DNA of 64,000 nucleotides from Bacteroidales bacterium (GCA_012839605.1 DUNA01000006.1:11-64010); one strand, 5' to 3'. Shown: positions 16,897-27,436, counted from the first letter of the stretch. Translations and numbers: made by a program. Notes: generated by a model from the sequence alone, not told the origin.

Positions 16897-19800
16897 ATGA
16901 TTAAAAAAATCCTATATACAATAACTGTCGTCCTGTTCGCTAGTGTATCAACGCTCAACGGTCAGGATGCCCAAAGAACAACGGCCACCAAGATTGGTGA
17001 TGCCTTAAACCAATTGCCGGCCGGCAACAAAGCCCTTTTTGACCGATTGATGGAAGACGTGTTGTCTACCGGAAAAGAAGGTGTGTTGATGCTGGCAGAG
17101 CAAATAAAGAGCGATGGAACAACCCTTCCACAAGCCGAGTATGCTTTGAACGGCCTGGTACAATATGTAAGTGCGCCCGAAGTGTCGGATGAGCTGCGTG
17201 GTCGCGTAGCCCATGACTTTGCTTATGCGCTGGAAAATGCGGAAGACCCTGTTGTTCAAGCCTTTTTTATAAGACAACTGCAATTGTTGGGCAGAGAGGA
17301 AAGCTTGGATGTCTTATCGCCCTATTTGTTTACGAAAGATTTGGCCGTACCTGCCATTCAAGCCGTAACGGCTATTGGAGGAGAAAAAGCCGTGCAACTG
17401 CTGCTCAGTGCTCCTATTCAAGAACAAACATTGAGCGGACTGGCCCAATTGGGCTCTCCGTTGGCTGAAAAATTCCTACTTTCTATTATAAAGACAGGAG
17501 ACCCGGCCCTGCATTCGCAAGCCTATACAGCATTGTCGCATTGCGGAACCATGGCTTCTTATGATGTCATGGCACAAGCTCCCGATTACGAGTTCCTGCA
17601 TTATCTGGAACGCGTAGGTTCCATGGACCCGGGAAAAACAATACGAGCACTTAAAAAACGCATCAAACAAAACAACCCTCCGCAAGTGAGAAACCAGGCC
17701 CTTTCCTTGTTGCTGGCTATAGAAGGAGACAAAGTCTTCAATACGGTCTTAAAAGCCCTGAATGACAAAGACGGTGCGTACCGCAGAACGGCTTTGGAAG
17801 GAACAAGGCCTTTCTTGTCACCTGTTGTAAACGGTGCGTTGTTGAAAAGAATGAAACGTCTTTCAGAACCGGCCGTTATAGATGTGCTCGATTTCCTGGG
17901 CTCTCAAAAAAATCCGGCTTTGGCATGCTACATTGCCGATCCATGGCTTTTTCACACCAACCCTGAAGTGGCAGCTGCATCGGCTCGTGCCGTAAGGAAA
18001 TCGGGAGGACCGGAGAGCGTACAACTGCTGAGCGGTTTGTTGACAAACGAAAATACCTTGCAGACACAGGTAGCTTTAGAAAACTTGCTTTCCATGGAAG
18101 GAGACGTCGTGAAAGCCGTTGTGGACTGGTATCCCAAGGCTTCCGAACAAGGAAAAGCAGCTGCTCTTACGTTACTGGGAGCTCGCAAAGCCCGTGATTT
18201 TGAATACATTGCTATCAAAGAATTGAACAATTCCAGTCCCCTTGTGAGTATGGCTGCGGCACGGGCATTGGCCGGAGTGGCCAACCCCGACAACAAGACC
18301 ACTTATTTCAAATTGCTGGAAACGGCTGCCGCTGAAAAAGATGCAGAACCTACGTTTGTAGAAGCCTTGCAACAGGCCGTTACCGCAAGTTTGTACGCAA
18401 TGGATGCGGAACAGGCATACGATGTACTGCACCTGCAAATGCAACAAGCATCCCCCAATGCACAACACCTGTATTATGCACCTTTGGCCGCTACCGGCAC
18501 CAAACGAGCCATAGATTTGCTAAGCGACAAGTATCTGGAAAACAGAGATTATACGGCCTACATGCAGATGCTATCGGCCTGGAAAGCCCCGGGAGAGCAG
18601 AAGGTAATTTTCCTCAGAAGGGCTTTGGAACAAGCCGAGGCAGAAAAAGACGTCACAGCTTTGCTGGTACAGCTGAGAAACACAAGAGTTGTTCAAGCGG
18701 CCTTCGCCTCGGCCCCCTTCTTGAAAGACAGCCGAGCCGAGGTGCGCCTGCAAGCAGCGCTTACCATTTGCCGTTTGGCGGCACAAAACACCCATTTTTA
18801 CGGGGCTCCCATGGCAAGCTGGATGAAACAGGCAAGAAACGTACTGGAGCAGTCGAACTACCCTGATGCCACGTACGAAATAACAAATATTGACAAGTAC
18901 TTGGCTGCCCTGCCGAAGGATGCGGGATATGTGCGTATTTTCAATGAACAAGATTTGAACGGATGGCAAGCCTTGGTTGGCAACCCCATCTCTCGCAGCA
19001 AAATGACACCGGAAGCCTTGGCAGAGGCACAAGAGAAAGAAAACGAAAAAGCGTTCAGCCAATGGATTGTGGAAAACGGCAAGATCATCTTTTTAGGAAA
19101 AGGCGACAACCTGTGTACCGTAAAAGAATACGGCGATTTTGAAATGTTCATAGATTGGTTGCTGTATCCGGAAGGACCTGAAGCCGATGCAGGCATATAC
19201 TTGCGTGGCTCTCCCCAAGTGCAAATTTGGGATACGGCTCGCGTCCGCGTAGGTGCACAAGTTGGTTCCGGAGGACTGTACAACAATATTAAACACATGG
19301 CCGACCCTACACATGTGGCCGACAACCGCTTGGGTGACTGGAACAGTTTCTTTATCCGTATGCAAGGAGAACGCGTAACAGTGTATTTAAACGGAGAACT
19401 GGTAGTGGACAACGTAATCATGGAAAATTACTGGGATCGTTCTCAACCCATTTTTCCATACGGAGCCATTGAATTGCAAGCCCACGGTAGCAAAGTGGCT
19501 TACCGCGATATCTATGTACGTGAACTGGAACGCCCGGATCCCTACACCCTTTCACAGGAAGAAGAAACCCAAGGATATGAGATCCTGTTTGACGGCACTT
19601 CTTTGCACAAATGGGAGGGTAATACCACCGATTACCACGTACGCGACGGCCTGTTGGTAGTAGAACCTACGGAACAGGGATTTGGAGATTTATACACAGT
19701 AAAAGAATACGGTGATTTCATTTTTCGCTTTGAATTCAAACTTACTCCGGGTGCCAACAACGGGGTGGGCATACGAACTCCCGGAACGGGAGATGCCGCA

Positions 19801-20139
19801 TACGAAGGCATGGAAATTCAGATTTTAGACCACTTTGACCCCATTTATCAACCTTGGTTGTTGGATTACCAATACCACGGTTCTGTATACGGAGTCATTC
19901 CCGCACACAACCAACATGCATTAAAGCCTGTGGGAGAATGGAACTGTCAAGAAATCTATGCAAAAGGAAATACCATTCGCGTTACACTTAACGGGGAAGT
20001 CATCACAGAAGGAGATATATCTACAGGACCTATAGACGACAGGGAACATCCCGGATTGCAAAGAAAGTCCGGTAAGATTGGTTTCTTAGGTCACGGATCC
20101 AAATTGTGGTTCCGTAACATACGAATTAAAGAATTGTAG
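16897..20139 (+). CDS. HEAT-repeat protein with two C-terminal DUF1080 (3-keto-disaccharide-hydrolase-like) domains
   Basis: 1080 aa with a signal peptide and ~640 aa of Ala/Leu-rich HEAT-like helices. Two DUF1080 units follow: 'GYVRIFNEQDLNGWQ...VKEYGDFEMFIDW...IQIWD' and 'GYEILFDGTSLHKWEG...VKEYGDFIFRFEFKLTPGANNGVGIR...EIQILD'. Confidence 0.8.
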   Translation: MIKKILYTITVVLFASVSTLNGQDAQRTTATKIGDALNQLPAGNKALFDRLMEDVLSTGKEGVLMLAEQIKSDGTTLPQAEYALNGLVQYVSAPEVSDELRGRVAHDFAYALENAEDPVVQAFFIRQLQLLGREESLDVLSPYLFTKDLAVPAIQAVTAIGGEKAVQLLLSAPIQEQTLSGLAQLGSPLAEKFLLSIIKTGDPALHSQAYTALSHCGTMASYDVMAQAPDYEFLHYLERVGSMDPGKTIRALKKRIKQNNPPQVRNQALSLLLAIEGDKVFNTVLKALNDKDGAYRRTALEGTRPFLSPVVNGALLKRMKRLSEPAVIDVLDFLGSQKNPALACYIADPWLFHTNPEVAAASARAVRKSGGPESVQLLSGLLTNENTLQTQVALENLLSMEGDVVKAVVDWYPKASEQGKAAALTLLGARKARDFEYIAIKELNNSSPLVSMAAARALAGVANPDNKTTYFKLLETAAAEKDAEPTFVEALQQAVTASLYAMDAEQAYDVLHLQMQQASPNAQHLYYAPLAATGTKRAIDLLSDKYLENRDYTAYMQMLSAWKAPGEQKVIFLRRALEQAEAEKDVTALLVQLRNTRVVQAAFASAPFLKDSRAEVRLQAALTICRLAAQNTHFYGAPMASWMKQARNVLEQSNYPDATYEITNIDKYLAALPKDAGYVRIFNEQDLNGWQALVGNPISRSKMTPEALAEAQEKENEKAFSQWIVENGKIIFLGKGDNLCTVKEYGDFEMFIDWLLYPEGPEADAGIYLRGSPQVQIWDTARVRVGAQVGSGGLYNNIKHMADPTHVADNRLGDWNSFFIRMQGERVTVYLNGELVVDNVIMENYWDRSQPIFPYGAIELQAHGSKVAYRDIYVRELERPDPYTLSQEEETQGYEILFDGTSLHKWEGNTTDYHVRDGLLVVEPTEQGFGDLYTVKEYGDFIFRFEFKLTPGANNGVGIRTPGTGDAAYEGMEIQILDHFDPIYQPWLLDYQYHGSVYGVIPAHNQHALKPVGEWNCQEIYAKGNTIRVTLNGEVITEGDISTGPIDDREHPGLQRKSGKIGFLGHGSKLWFRNIRIKEL

Positions 20140-20163
20140 GCGTAACGCAGCTCTGTAGGGCAA

Positions 20164-20547
20164 TCACCTTTTTAGCAGGACGTATTCCCCGGTAAGGGAT
20201 TGACCGTCAAACAGAGGGTCGCCATCATAATATATCACGAGTGTGGTCGGGGTCAGAGAACGGATCTCGACCACGTCGTTTATAGTGGCACTTCCCACCA
20301 TTACTCGTATATGAATAAAAATGCCGTCTACCGTATAAGTGGGCGTATAATAAGGCGTTTCATCCGGTGCCGAATAGCCCAATGTTCCGTCTTCCTTAAA
20401 CGTAATGGTATATTTTGTATTGTCCTGATAAGCCCATGTCCCTATCAAATCTTCTTTTTTGAATATTTTTTGACAAGAAGTAAAGAGCGGTAAAAGTAAC
20501 GCAAGGGTCAACAGACCTGTAACAATTCGGGATCCTGTTTTTTTCAT
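20164..20547 (-). CDS. Small lipoprotein, lipocalin-like domain
   Basis: 127 aa with lipobox 'LFTSC'. 'LIGTWAYQDNTKYTITFKEDGTL' is a pattern typical of lipocalin-like small lipoproteins. Confidence 0.45.
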   Translation of the reverse strand: MKKTGSRIVTGLLTLALLLPLFTSCQKIFKKEDLIGTWAYQDNTKYTITFKEDGTLGYSAPDETPYYTPTYTVDGIFIHIRVMVGSATINDVVEIRSLTPTTLVIYYDGDPLFDGQSLTGEYVLLKR

Positions 20548-20570
20548 AGTTCTGCTATGCTATAAATTGT

Positions 20571-21407
20571 TTATTTGTTTTCAAAAACGGCTAGTATTGG
20601 GTAGTGGTCAGACACATAGGGGACACCGTAACTTTCTGTAATTGTGCGGAAAGATACAATTTTTGCCCCACGATAAAAAATATGATCTATAGGCGGTCCG
20701 TCATACGTCCCCCAAGCGTGGTACGTAGTCAGGCTGTCTGATACGGGTGCTTCCTCTCTGGCATCCAGCAACAGTGCCTTAAGAGGCTCATAAAGAGGGT
20801 TGTCTATAGGTGCATTGAAATCACCCGTAAGAAACACTCTTGCTGATTCCTTAGAAATTTCCTGTATTTTCTCTGCCAACAAACGGCCCGATTCCAACCG
20901 AGCCACCTTTCCCACATGGTCAAAATGCGTATTGAATACATACGATTCCGTGCCTGTTTTTTTGTCTTGCAACCGGCCCCATGTTACGACTCTCTTGCAA
21001 GCTGCGTCCCAGCCAAAAGAAGGCACATCGGGTGTGGTGCTTAACCAAAAAGTACCTTCATCCACAAGGTCGTATCTGTCTTTTAAATAAAAAACAGCAG
21101 AAAATTCACCCAAAGTATCTCCGTCGTCACGCGCTACACCTACCCTGTTGTATTGCGGTAAATGTTCCAACAAATAAGCAATCTGTTCATTGACCGGTTC
21201 CTGCAACCCTATGATGTCCGGTTGCAAGTGGTTTATCATATCAATGGAAGCCTTTTTGCGGAGGTTCCAATGGTTGTCTCCGTCATCTACTATCGACAAA
21301 CGGATGTTGTAAGATAGTACCTGAATTGTATCGGATCCGCTCTTACATGATGCAAAAGCAAACAACAGTATGGTAAAAGCCGTGAATAAAAAGATCTTGT
21401 TTTTCAT
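20571..21407 (-). CDS. Endonuclease/exonuclease/phosphatase (EEP) family lipoprotein
   Basis: Starts at the internal Met 'MKNKIFLFTAFTILLFAFASC'. EEP motifs present are 'VLSYNIR', 'DIIGLQE', 'NTHFDH', 'LTGDFN' and 'SDHYPI'. Confidence 0.85.
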   Translation of the reverse strand: MKNKIFLFTAFTILLFAFASCKSGSDTIQVLSYNIRLSIVDDGDNHWNLRKKASIDMINHLQPDIIGLQEPVNEQIAYLLEHLPQYNRVGVARDDGDTLGEFSAVFYLKDRYDLVDEGTFWLSTTPDVPSFGWDAACKRVVTWGRLQDKKTGTESYVFNTHFDHVGKVARLESGRLLAEKIQEISKESARVFLTGDFNAPIDNPLYEPLKALLLDAREEAPVSDSLTTYHAWGTYDGPPIDHIFYRGAKIVSFRTITESYGVPYVSDHYPILAVFENK

Positions 21408-21417
21408 AATTGTATAT

Positions 21418-24372
21418 TTATGCATGTCCTCCGTATTCGTTCTCTTCAGTGGGTTCCTCACCGTTTACCGTACCTGTGTTGTAACACTCTTCCGGTTTGG
21501 GTCCCGAGGCAAAAAACCCGCAGAAACCTCCCGTGTAACAAGATTTGGTATAATCTTGCACGCCCGTAACAGCTGCTGTATTGGAACAGTCCTTCAAAAC
21601 TCCTCTGTTGTAGATGTTCCCTTGTGTGGTTCCAACTACTCCTCCAACAAATTTGTATTGACCGCTTTGGGATAATCTTGTCACAGGACCCGCGTTGATG
21701 CACCGAGTCAAATTGCCTCCGTTGTTGGCTGCGCATATGCCTCCTATGGCAAAATAAGTTTCTTTCAATTCTTGTGCCGTACCTTGTACCGGACCTGTAT
21801 TGGTACAATATTTCAACTCTGCGTTCTTGACAACACCGGCAATGCCTCCTACTCTATGTGCACCTGTAACAGACGCATTGTTTTCTACTTGCTCCAAGAG
21901 TACACCGGCATCTGCATACGCCACAATACCTCCGGCTGTATTATTTCCAAAGACAGAACCTTCATTATTGCATTTTTTAACACCGTATAACGATCCTAAA
22001 GCTACATAATGCGTTACTATACCTGCGGCATTAAAGCCTGTGATATTGCCTTCGTTTGTACAGTTTTCCACAGTGTTTGCCGATTTAGCCACTATGCCGG
22101 CTGCCAATAATAGATATTCATCCAATCCGGACTCTTCCTCATCAGTTGCAACGCTTATATTTCCTGTATTGGTACAGCGGTTGATTTTGTCCTTAGTTAT
22201 GGCAACAATACCGGCTGCCCATTTTCCTGCCCGGACATCTGCGTGGTTTTCGCAATACGAAAACTGCACACCTCTTTCCGGGGCATTTCCGGCAATACCT
22301 CCTGCATTGCCTTTCAACGCATGCACAAAAGCTTCCTGCTTGTTTTCGCATTCCATAACCTCAACCGTTGATCCTTGAACGACTCCCGCAATACCTCCCA
22401 CAGAAGCATCTTTTTGATGAGATATTACCCCTCCCCTGTTTGTTAATTGTATCAAAGATGAACGTAATCCCAGAAGCATTCCCACAATACCTCCTGTTTG
22501 GTGGCCGCCTTGAACCAAAGCCGTGTTGCTGCAATTGTCCACATTGCATGAAGCATATATGCTTGAAGAAAAATATCCGACTATCCCTCCTGCCGTCGAT
22601 ACTCCCGTAACAGGCCCTTCGTTTTCGCAAGATGAGATTGTGGAGTTAAAACTTATTCCCACAATACCTGCTACACTTTCATTGTATTCTTCTTTCTCTG
22701 TAAAAAAAGTAATGTCACCTGTATTGGTACAACTGTTGATGGTACTTCTGTCCATTTGAACACCGGAAATGCCACCCACACTTTTTACTCCCCGCACTGC
22801 GGCGCTGTTTGTGCACTCTGTTATAGAAGATTCCGTCATAGAGGATCCACATATCCCCCCTACATACAGATTTCCTTGAACAGACGCTTGCGACGTGTTC
22901 TTGCAACGGGAAACAGAAGAACTATTGGACAGTTCCGCACAAATTCCTCCTGCGTGACCTACAGTAGCTTCTACTACTCCGTTGTTCGTACAGTCTTCTA
23001 TTTTGCTATGAAACATAAGCAGTCCGCTTATTCCACCTGCTAAATTCTCAGCAACAACCCTCCCTTCTGCCCTGTTTTCTGAATAACTGACCACATTTCC
23101 TTTGTTCAGCTTACCATAAAGTCTTCCCACAATACCTCCGGCCACTTGCATGCCGATTACCCGGCCTGCGTTAGAACAATGCTTCACAGACGAAGAGATG
23201 CTCCTCAAAATGATTCCGTCCACAAAGTCATAAACCAACAAAGTACCTGCTATTCCACCGGCATACGTTTTTGTTCCCGTTCCGTTGACTTTGACTGTTC
23301 CTTCAAAAGAACATCCGGACAGGACACCTCCCTCTAAGGTGCCGCAAATACCACCTACTGAAACGTCTTGGTTGCCGTCTGCGGCAACGGAAATCAAACA
23401 CGTTTCATCCAAAACCACATTGCGTACTTCTGCATCTTGAATGTGTCCAAAGAGTCCGACAGATGGCAAATCACTGTGTGTAATCGTCAAGTGGCTGATA
23501 CGGTATCCGTTCCCATCAAAAACTCCTTTTATACCATGTACACTGTCTTTGTTCATCACACCAATAGGAATCCAGTTTTCGACAGCCGACATATCTATAT
23601 CTGCTCTTAGATGCACTATGCTATCGACATCCATCCAAGGCGACAAGTCCAATCCTGCATTGGTATCGTCACGGAAGGCCACCAAGTCTTCCGGAATAGA
23701 CAAACCCACTGCTCGCTGAGTAATCGGTACCTGAACTATAGAATCTGCCGCCGTTTTGAAGGTGAGCAGAGCCGTTCTGGGTTGCGAAAGTTTTGATGCC
23801 TCGGCAAAAAAAGACAACACGTAAGATCCCGGGCCACCCTCTCTTTGCTCTGTAACAAGTCTGCACCAAGTCTGGTCCGATTCCACAAAAGACCAATTTG
23901 TCAAAGACCATACAGACAAATCAAAAGTCCCTTCTTTACACCAAATATCGGAGCTTGGAAAGGTAACTACCAAATCGCCTGTTGGGTCCGGTTCTTCCGG
24001 ATCTTCAGAACCGTCTCCGGCTTCTTGCACAACAGTGATAACCGTGTGAACAGCAGGAAAGGCTTTGGATTGAAGAGTGATTTTCTGCTGACGTTCTTTT
24101 TGTTTTGTATTCTTCTTAACCGATAAAACTAGGGATACCGGCTTAAAGGAAAGGTTGCTTTCATGAAGATTGGCAACACACCACGGTTCCGGAATAATGA
24201 CTTTCCAGCCTGTGTTTCCTTCCACCTGAACCGTTTCTACGCCACCGTCCTTTCCAATGGAGATTTCCTTGGGACTGCTCTTTATGTAAAACACATTTTC
24301 TTGTTTCAAACATCCCGACAGAAGCAAGGAAAAAAGCAGCACGGCTATATAAGAGCACCAAGATTGTCTCAT
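21418..24372 (-). CDS. Large surface lipoprotein: two BACON domains followed by ~25 GLUG-motif repeats
   Basis: Starts at 'MRQSWCSYIAVLLFSLLLSGC' (lipobox). The BACON-like modules are 'ISIGKDGGVETVQVEGNTGWKV...ITLQS...TVITVVQEA' and 'FDLSVWSLTNWSF...TALLTFK...VPITQRA'. After them, 'N.G.V.G...(A/V)GGI(A/C/V)G' units recur throughout. Confidence 0.8.
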   Translation of the reverse strand: MRQSWCSYIAVLLFSLLLSGCLKQENVFYIKSSPKEISIGKDGGVETVQVEGNTGWKVIIPEPWCVANLHESNLSFKPVSLVLSVKKNTKQKERQQKITLQSKAFPAVHTVITVVQEAGDGSEDPEEPDPTGDLVVTFPSSDIWCKEGTFDLSVWSLTNWSFVESDQTWCRLVTEQREGGPGSYVLSFFAEASKLSQPRTALLTFKTAADSIVQVPITQRAVGLSIPEDLVAFRDDTNAGLDLSPWMDVDSIVHLRADIDMSAVENWIPIGVMNKDSVHGIKGVFDGNGYRISHLTITHSDLPSVGLFGHIQDAEVRNVVLDETCLISVAADGNQDVSVGGICGTLEGGVLSGCSFEGTVKVNGTGTKTYAGGIAGTLLVYDFVDGIILRSISSSVKHCSNAGRVIGMQVAGGIVGRLYGKLNKGNVVSYSENRAEGRVVAENLAGGISGLLMFHSKIEDCTNNGVVEATVGHAGGICAELSNSSSVSRCKNTSQASVQGNLYVGGICGSSMTESSITECTNSAAVRGVKSVGGISGVQMDRSTINSCTNTGDITFFTEKEEYNESVAGIVGISFNSTISSCENEGPVTGVSTAGGIVGYFSSSIYASCNVDNCSNTALVQGGHQTGGIVGMLLGLRSSLIQLTNRGGVISHQKDASVGGIAGVVQGSTVEVMECENKQEAFVHALKGNAGGIAGNAPERGVQFSYCENHADVRAGKWAAGIVAITKDKINRCTNTGNISVATDEEESGLDEYLLLAAGIVAKSANTVENCTNEGNITGFNAAGIVTHYVALGSLYGVKKCNNEGSVFGNNTAGGIVAYADAGVLLEQVENNASVTGAHRVGGIAGVVKNAELKYCTNTGPVQGTAQELKETYFAIGGICAANNGGNLTRCINAGPVTRLSQSGQYKFVGGVVGTTQGNIYNRGVLKDCSNTAAVTGVQDYTKSCYTGGFCGFFASGPKPEECYNTGTVNGEEPTEENEYGGHA

Positions 24373-24439
24373 GATACAAAGATGCGTAAAACCTTTTAAT
24401 TGTTGCGTGGTAATATGAAAAAACTGTAATTTAGCAGAT

Positions 24440-27436
24440 ATGAAGAAACGGTGGCGTTTTGTATTGATTCTTTTGGCATCTGTTGCCTTATTCCTATTGG
24501 TACTATCTGTTGCGGTACAAGTCATGCTGGCTCCGCCACGCCTGACACGTCTTGTGAATAAGTACGCCAATCAGTTCCCGGCTGTCCAAATCTACGTAGA
24601 AGAAGCAAACATCAAAGCCCTCAGGTACTTTCCCAATGTGTCTGTAGTCTTAAAAAACGGATTTGTAGCAGAAAAATCAGAAGAAAGACTTGATACAATC
24701 CTGTCTTTTTACCAAGCACGAGCCTTGATACAACCGGCTGCTTTGCTCAAACGTCACATATCTATTCCTCGTTTGTTTTTAGAAAACGCAAAAGTACATA
24801 TCTATACAGACCCACAAGGGAACAGCAATTTGGATCTGTTTTCCTCCGACGAAGATACGCTTGACTTTCCATACCGTTTTTCCTTGGGCAGATTTACCAT
24901 CCGGGACACCTTGCTCTTTACGTATGATAACAGAGAAAACTCTCTCTATTACCATACAGGCATAGAAGATCTTTCCGTCCGTCTGTTCAGAAGGCAACCG
25001 GACATACCCCAAAGACACAGAGACAGCGGAATACTATATACAGGTTTTTATACAGGTGCACGTACCTTTACAAACACTTTGGTTACCGGTAAAGACACCC
25101 TATTTAACAACATCCCTTTTCATTTACGTGGACGTATTGCCATAGACAACGTTTTTGATCGTTTTTATTTTTCCGATTGCCAAGGTTTGATAGGGGAAGC
25201 TCCTTATTTGCTAAATGGCTTTCTGGGGCTGCACCAAGACAGTTTGGAGCTCAGAGGAACACTTGACATAGACACCGTATCTTTTACAGGTTTTGTGAGG
25301 GCGTACCCGGACCCACTGGTGCCCATTGAAAACGTGCCAGTAACTCATATACCCATCACGGTCCAATGTGCCATTGACGGAGCCTACTATTACGATACCG
25401 GAAAATGGCCGTCTTACCGCCTTGCTGTTTCCACAGGAAAAGGTCCTTTGGCGCTTCCGGAAGAAAACATCGCATTCACTTCTTTCCAAACGGCTATTAC
25501 AGCTACATACAATCCTGCAAACAAAGACTACGGGACTGTTCTTTTACACAAATTGCATGTAAAGAACCAAGCCCTTGAAGTCCAAGCACAAGGTTCCTTG
25601 GCCTCTTATACGGACGATCCGTTCTTGCAACTGACCGCCACCGGACAAGTACATGCAGAAGAATGGGCCGAATGTTTTAAAGATATGCCGGAACACCAAG
25701 CAGAAGGAACCGTTTCTCTTAGCATCCAAACAGAAGGCAAATGGCGTCATTTTAACGTAGATGGAATACACAACATCTTCTTATCCTCACATATAGAAAC
25801 TCCGGCTCTTAAAATCCATATACCAGATAAACAGTGGTTTTGGGAGTCTGACAGCACGTCGTTGCATCTGAACATCCATCCCGATGTCTTTCTTGCAGAT
25901 ACTACGGGAAGGTATCCGTTGGCCGGTTCTCTGACAGCAAAAAGAGTACATGTAGCCGCCGGCGACACCATCCGGCTGGATATGGAAGATGCGCACGCCC
26001 AACTGACTTTTGAATCTGCCGATTCCCTTACGAAAACACCGGAATTATACGCCCACATAGATGCCGGTTCTGCAAAGGGAACTATAGGAATGCATCAAAT
26101 AGTTGCCCAAGCATTGAACGTGAGTACAAACATCCGGCAAACACCCTCCCGCAGAAGCGGCACAAGAACCCGTAGAGATACGACCACACGGCGCAGTTCC
26201 TCAGCATCATCTGAAAGACGTGCTTTTGCCCGCACATTGCATGAGTTTTCACATGCAGACCTCCAATGGGATTTTGGTTTTGACAGAGAAACTCGTCAAT
26301 TGCTGCGCCAGTGGCAAGCAAACGGACGGCTTAAAACAAACGATTTGTCATGGAATGCTCCCGGCTTTCCTTTGTCTGCCCAGATGCACTCCGTTGACTT
26401 AGAGCTGAATGACAACACATTGAACATCCACCACGCAGCTGTAAAAGCAGGGCAATCTGATGTGACATTGAAAGGAAGATTGGATGGCATCCGCAGAGCC
26501 CTTGTAGGTAGAGCAAGACTTGGTCTTGATATACATATTCAAGGAGACACTTTGGAAGGCAACGAACTGATTGAAGCTTTTCGTTCCACAGAAATACGTT
26601 CAGAAAAAGAAGAAGCGGCAACGGAAGATCCTTTGCTGATTGTACCGGGGAATGTATCTCTGCGTGTCCTATTGGAAGTTTCTAATGCTTACTACCGCCA
26701 TCTTCATCTGAAAGACGTGAGCGGATCTTTGTTAGCAATAAACAGAAGGCTGCATATCAGAGACTTGCAGGGACAATCGGATATCGGCAATTTTCGTTTG
26801 GATGCTGTCTACGCCACTCCGGCCAAAGACAGCCTGATGGCGGGGATAGACCTGGAAATGGAAGACGTATTGCTGGAAGAAGTCACACAGCTTCTCCCCT
26901 CCATGGACACATTGTTTCCCATGATGCAGTCTTTCAGGGGACTTGTGGATTTGCAATTGGCTGCCACTACAAACTTAGACACCACCATGCACCTGGTCTT
27001 ACCTTCTCTGCAAGGGGCTTGTCGTATAAAAGGACACGGGCTTGTACTGCTGGATGGAGAAACGTTTTCAGAAATTTCCTCCAAATTGTTCTTTAAAAAG
27101 AAAGCTCTCAATTTGATTGACAGCATACAAGTAGAAGCCGTAGTATCCGACAGCCGCGTAGATGTTTTCCCTTTTATTATGCAAATGGATAGATACAGAG
27201 CAGCCATAGCCGGATCGCACCATATAGACAAAACGTTTCATTACCATATTTCTCTGCTGAAATCTCCGCTGCCTTTCCGCTTAGGCATTGATGTACAAGG
27301 AACTCCGGAAAAATACAAGATCGTCCCGGGGCGTTCCCTTTTCACAAATGAAAAACTGCCCGCCTTCTCATTCAGGATTGACACCATACGCATCAATTTG
27401 CGTGAATCCATAAAACGCTATTTTGATGACATGTAA
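24440..27436 (+). CDS. AsmA-family / TamB-like large envelope protein
   Basis: 998 aa with an N-terminal membrane anchor 'FVLILLASVALFLLVLSVAV'. A long beta-rich body follows. It lies next to kdsB, in an LPS context. Confidence 0.5.
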   Translation: MKKRWRFVLILLASVALFLLVLSVAVQVMLAPPRLTRLVNKYANQFPAVQIYVEEANIKALRYFPNVSVVLKNGFVAEKSEERLDTILSFYQARALIQPAALLKRHISIPRLFLENAKVHIYTDPQGNSNLDLFSSDEDTLDFPYRFSLGRFTIRDTLLFTYDNRENSLYYHTGIEDLSVRLFRRQPDIPQRHRDSGILYTGFYTGARTFTNTLVTGKDTLFNNIPFHLRGRIAIDNVFDRFYFSDCQGLIGEAPYLLNGFLGLHQDSLELRGTLDIDTVSFTGFVRAYPDPLVPIENVPVTHIPITVQCAIDGAYYYDTGKWPSYRLAVSTGKGPLALPEENIAFTSFQTAITATYNPANKDYGTVLLHKLHVKNQALEVQAQGSLASYTDDPFLQLTATGQVHAEEWAECFKDMPEHQAEGTVSLSIQTEGKWRHFNVDGIHNIFLSSHIETPALKIHIPDKQWFWESDSTSLHLNIHPDVFLADTTGRYPLAGSLTAKRVHVAAGDTIRLDMEDAHAQLTFESADSLTKTPELYAHIDAGSAKGTIGMHQIVAQALNVSTNIRQTPSRRSGTRTRRDTTTRRSSSASSERRAFARTLHEFSHADLQWDFGFDRETRQLLRQWQANGRLKTNDLSWNAPGFPLSAQMHSVDLELNDNTLNIHHAAVKAGQSDVTLKGRLDGIRRALVGRARLGLDIHIQGDTLEGNELIEAFRSTEIRSEKEEAATEDPLLIVPGNVSLRVLLEVSNAYYRHLHLKDVSGSLLAINRRLHIRDLQGQSDIGNFRLDAVYATPAKDSLMAGIDLEMEDVLLEEVTQLLPSMDTLFPMMQSFRGLVDLQLAATTNLDTTMHLVLPSLQGACRIKGHGLVLLDGETFSEISSKLFFKKKALNLIDSIQVEAVVSDSRVDVFPFIMQMDRYRAAIAGSHHIDKTFHYHISLLKSPLPFRLGIDVQGTPEKYKIVPGRSLFTNEKLPAFSFRIDTIRINLRESIKRYFDDM

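Noticed and set aside
16170-16958. 262-aa ORF antisense to the Gfo/Idh/MocA oxidoreductase, along with other short overlapping ORFs at 16220-16852
   Set aside because: The situation is the same: it overlaps a well-supported CDS in a GC-richer stretch. It has no motifs, and its start would sit inside the next gene.
24373-24570. N-terminal extensions of tracked ORFs (also 40907-41008, 31547-31693, 29898-30173, 61771-61944, 21408-21461, 57050-57115, 43803-43814)
   Set aside because: In each case an internal Met immediately precedes a signal peptide, lipobox or conserved N-terminus. The extension would also overlap the neighbouring gene or the divergent promoter. The internal starts were used instead.
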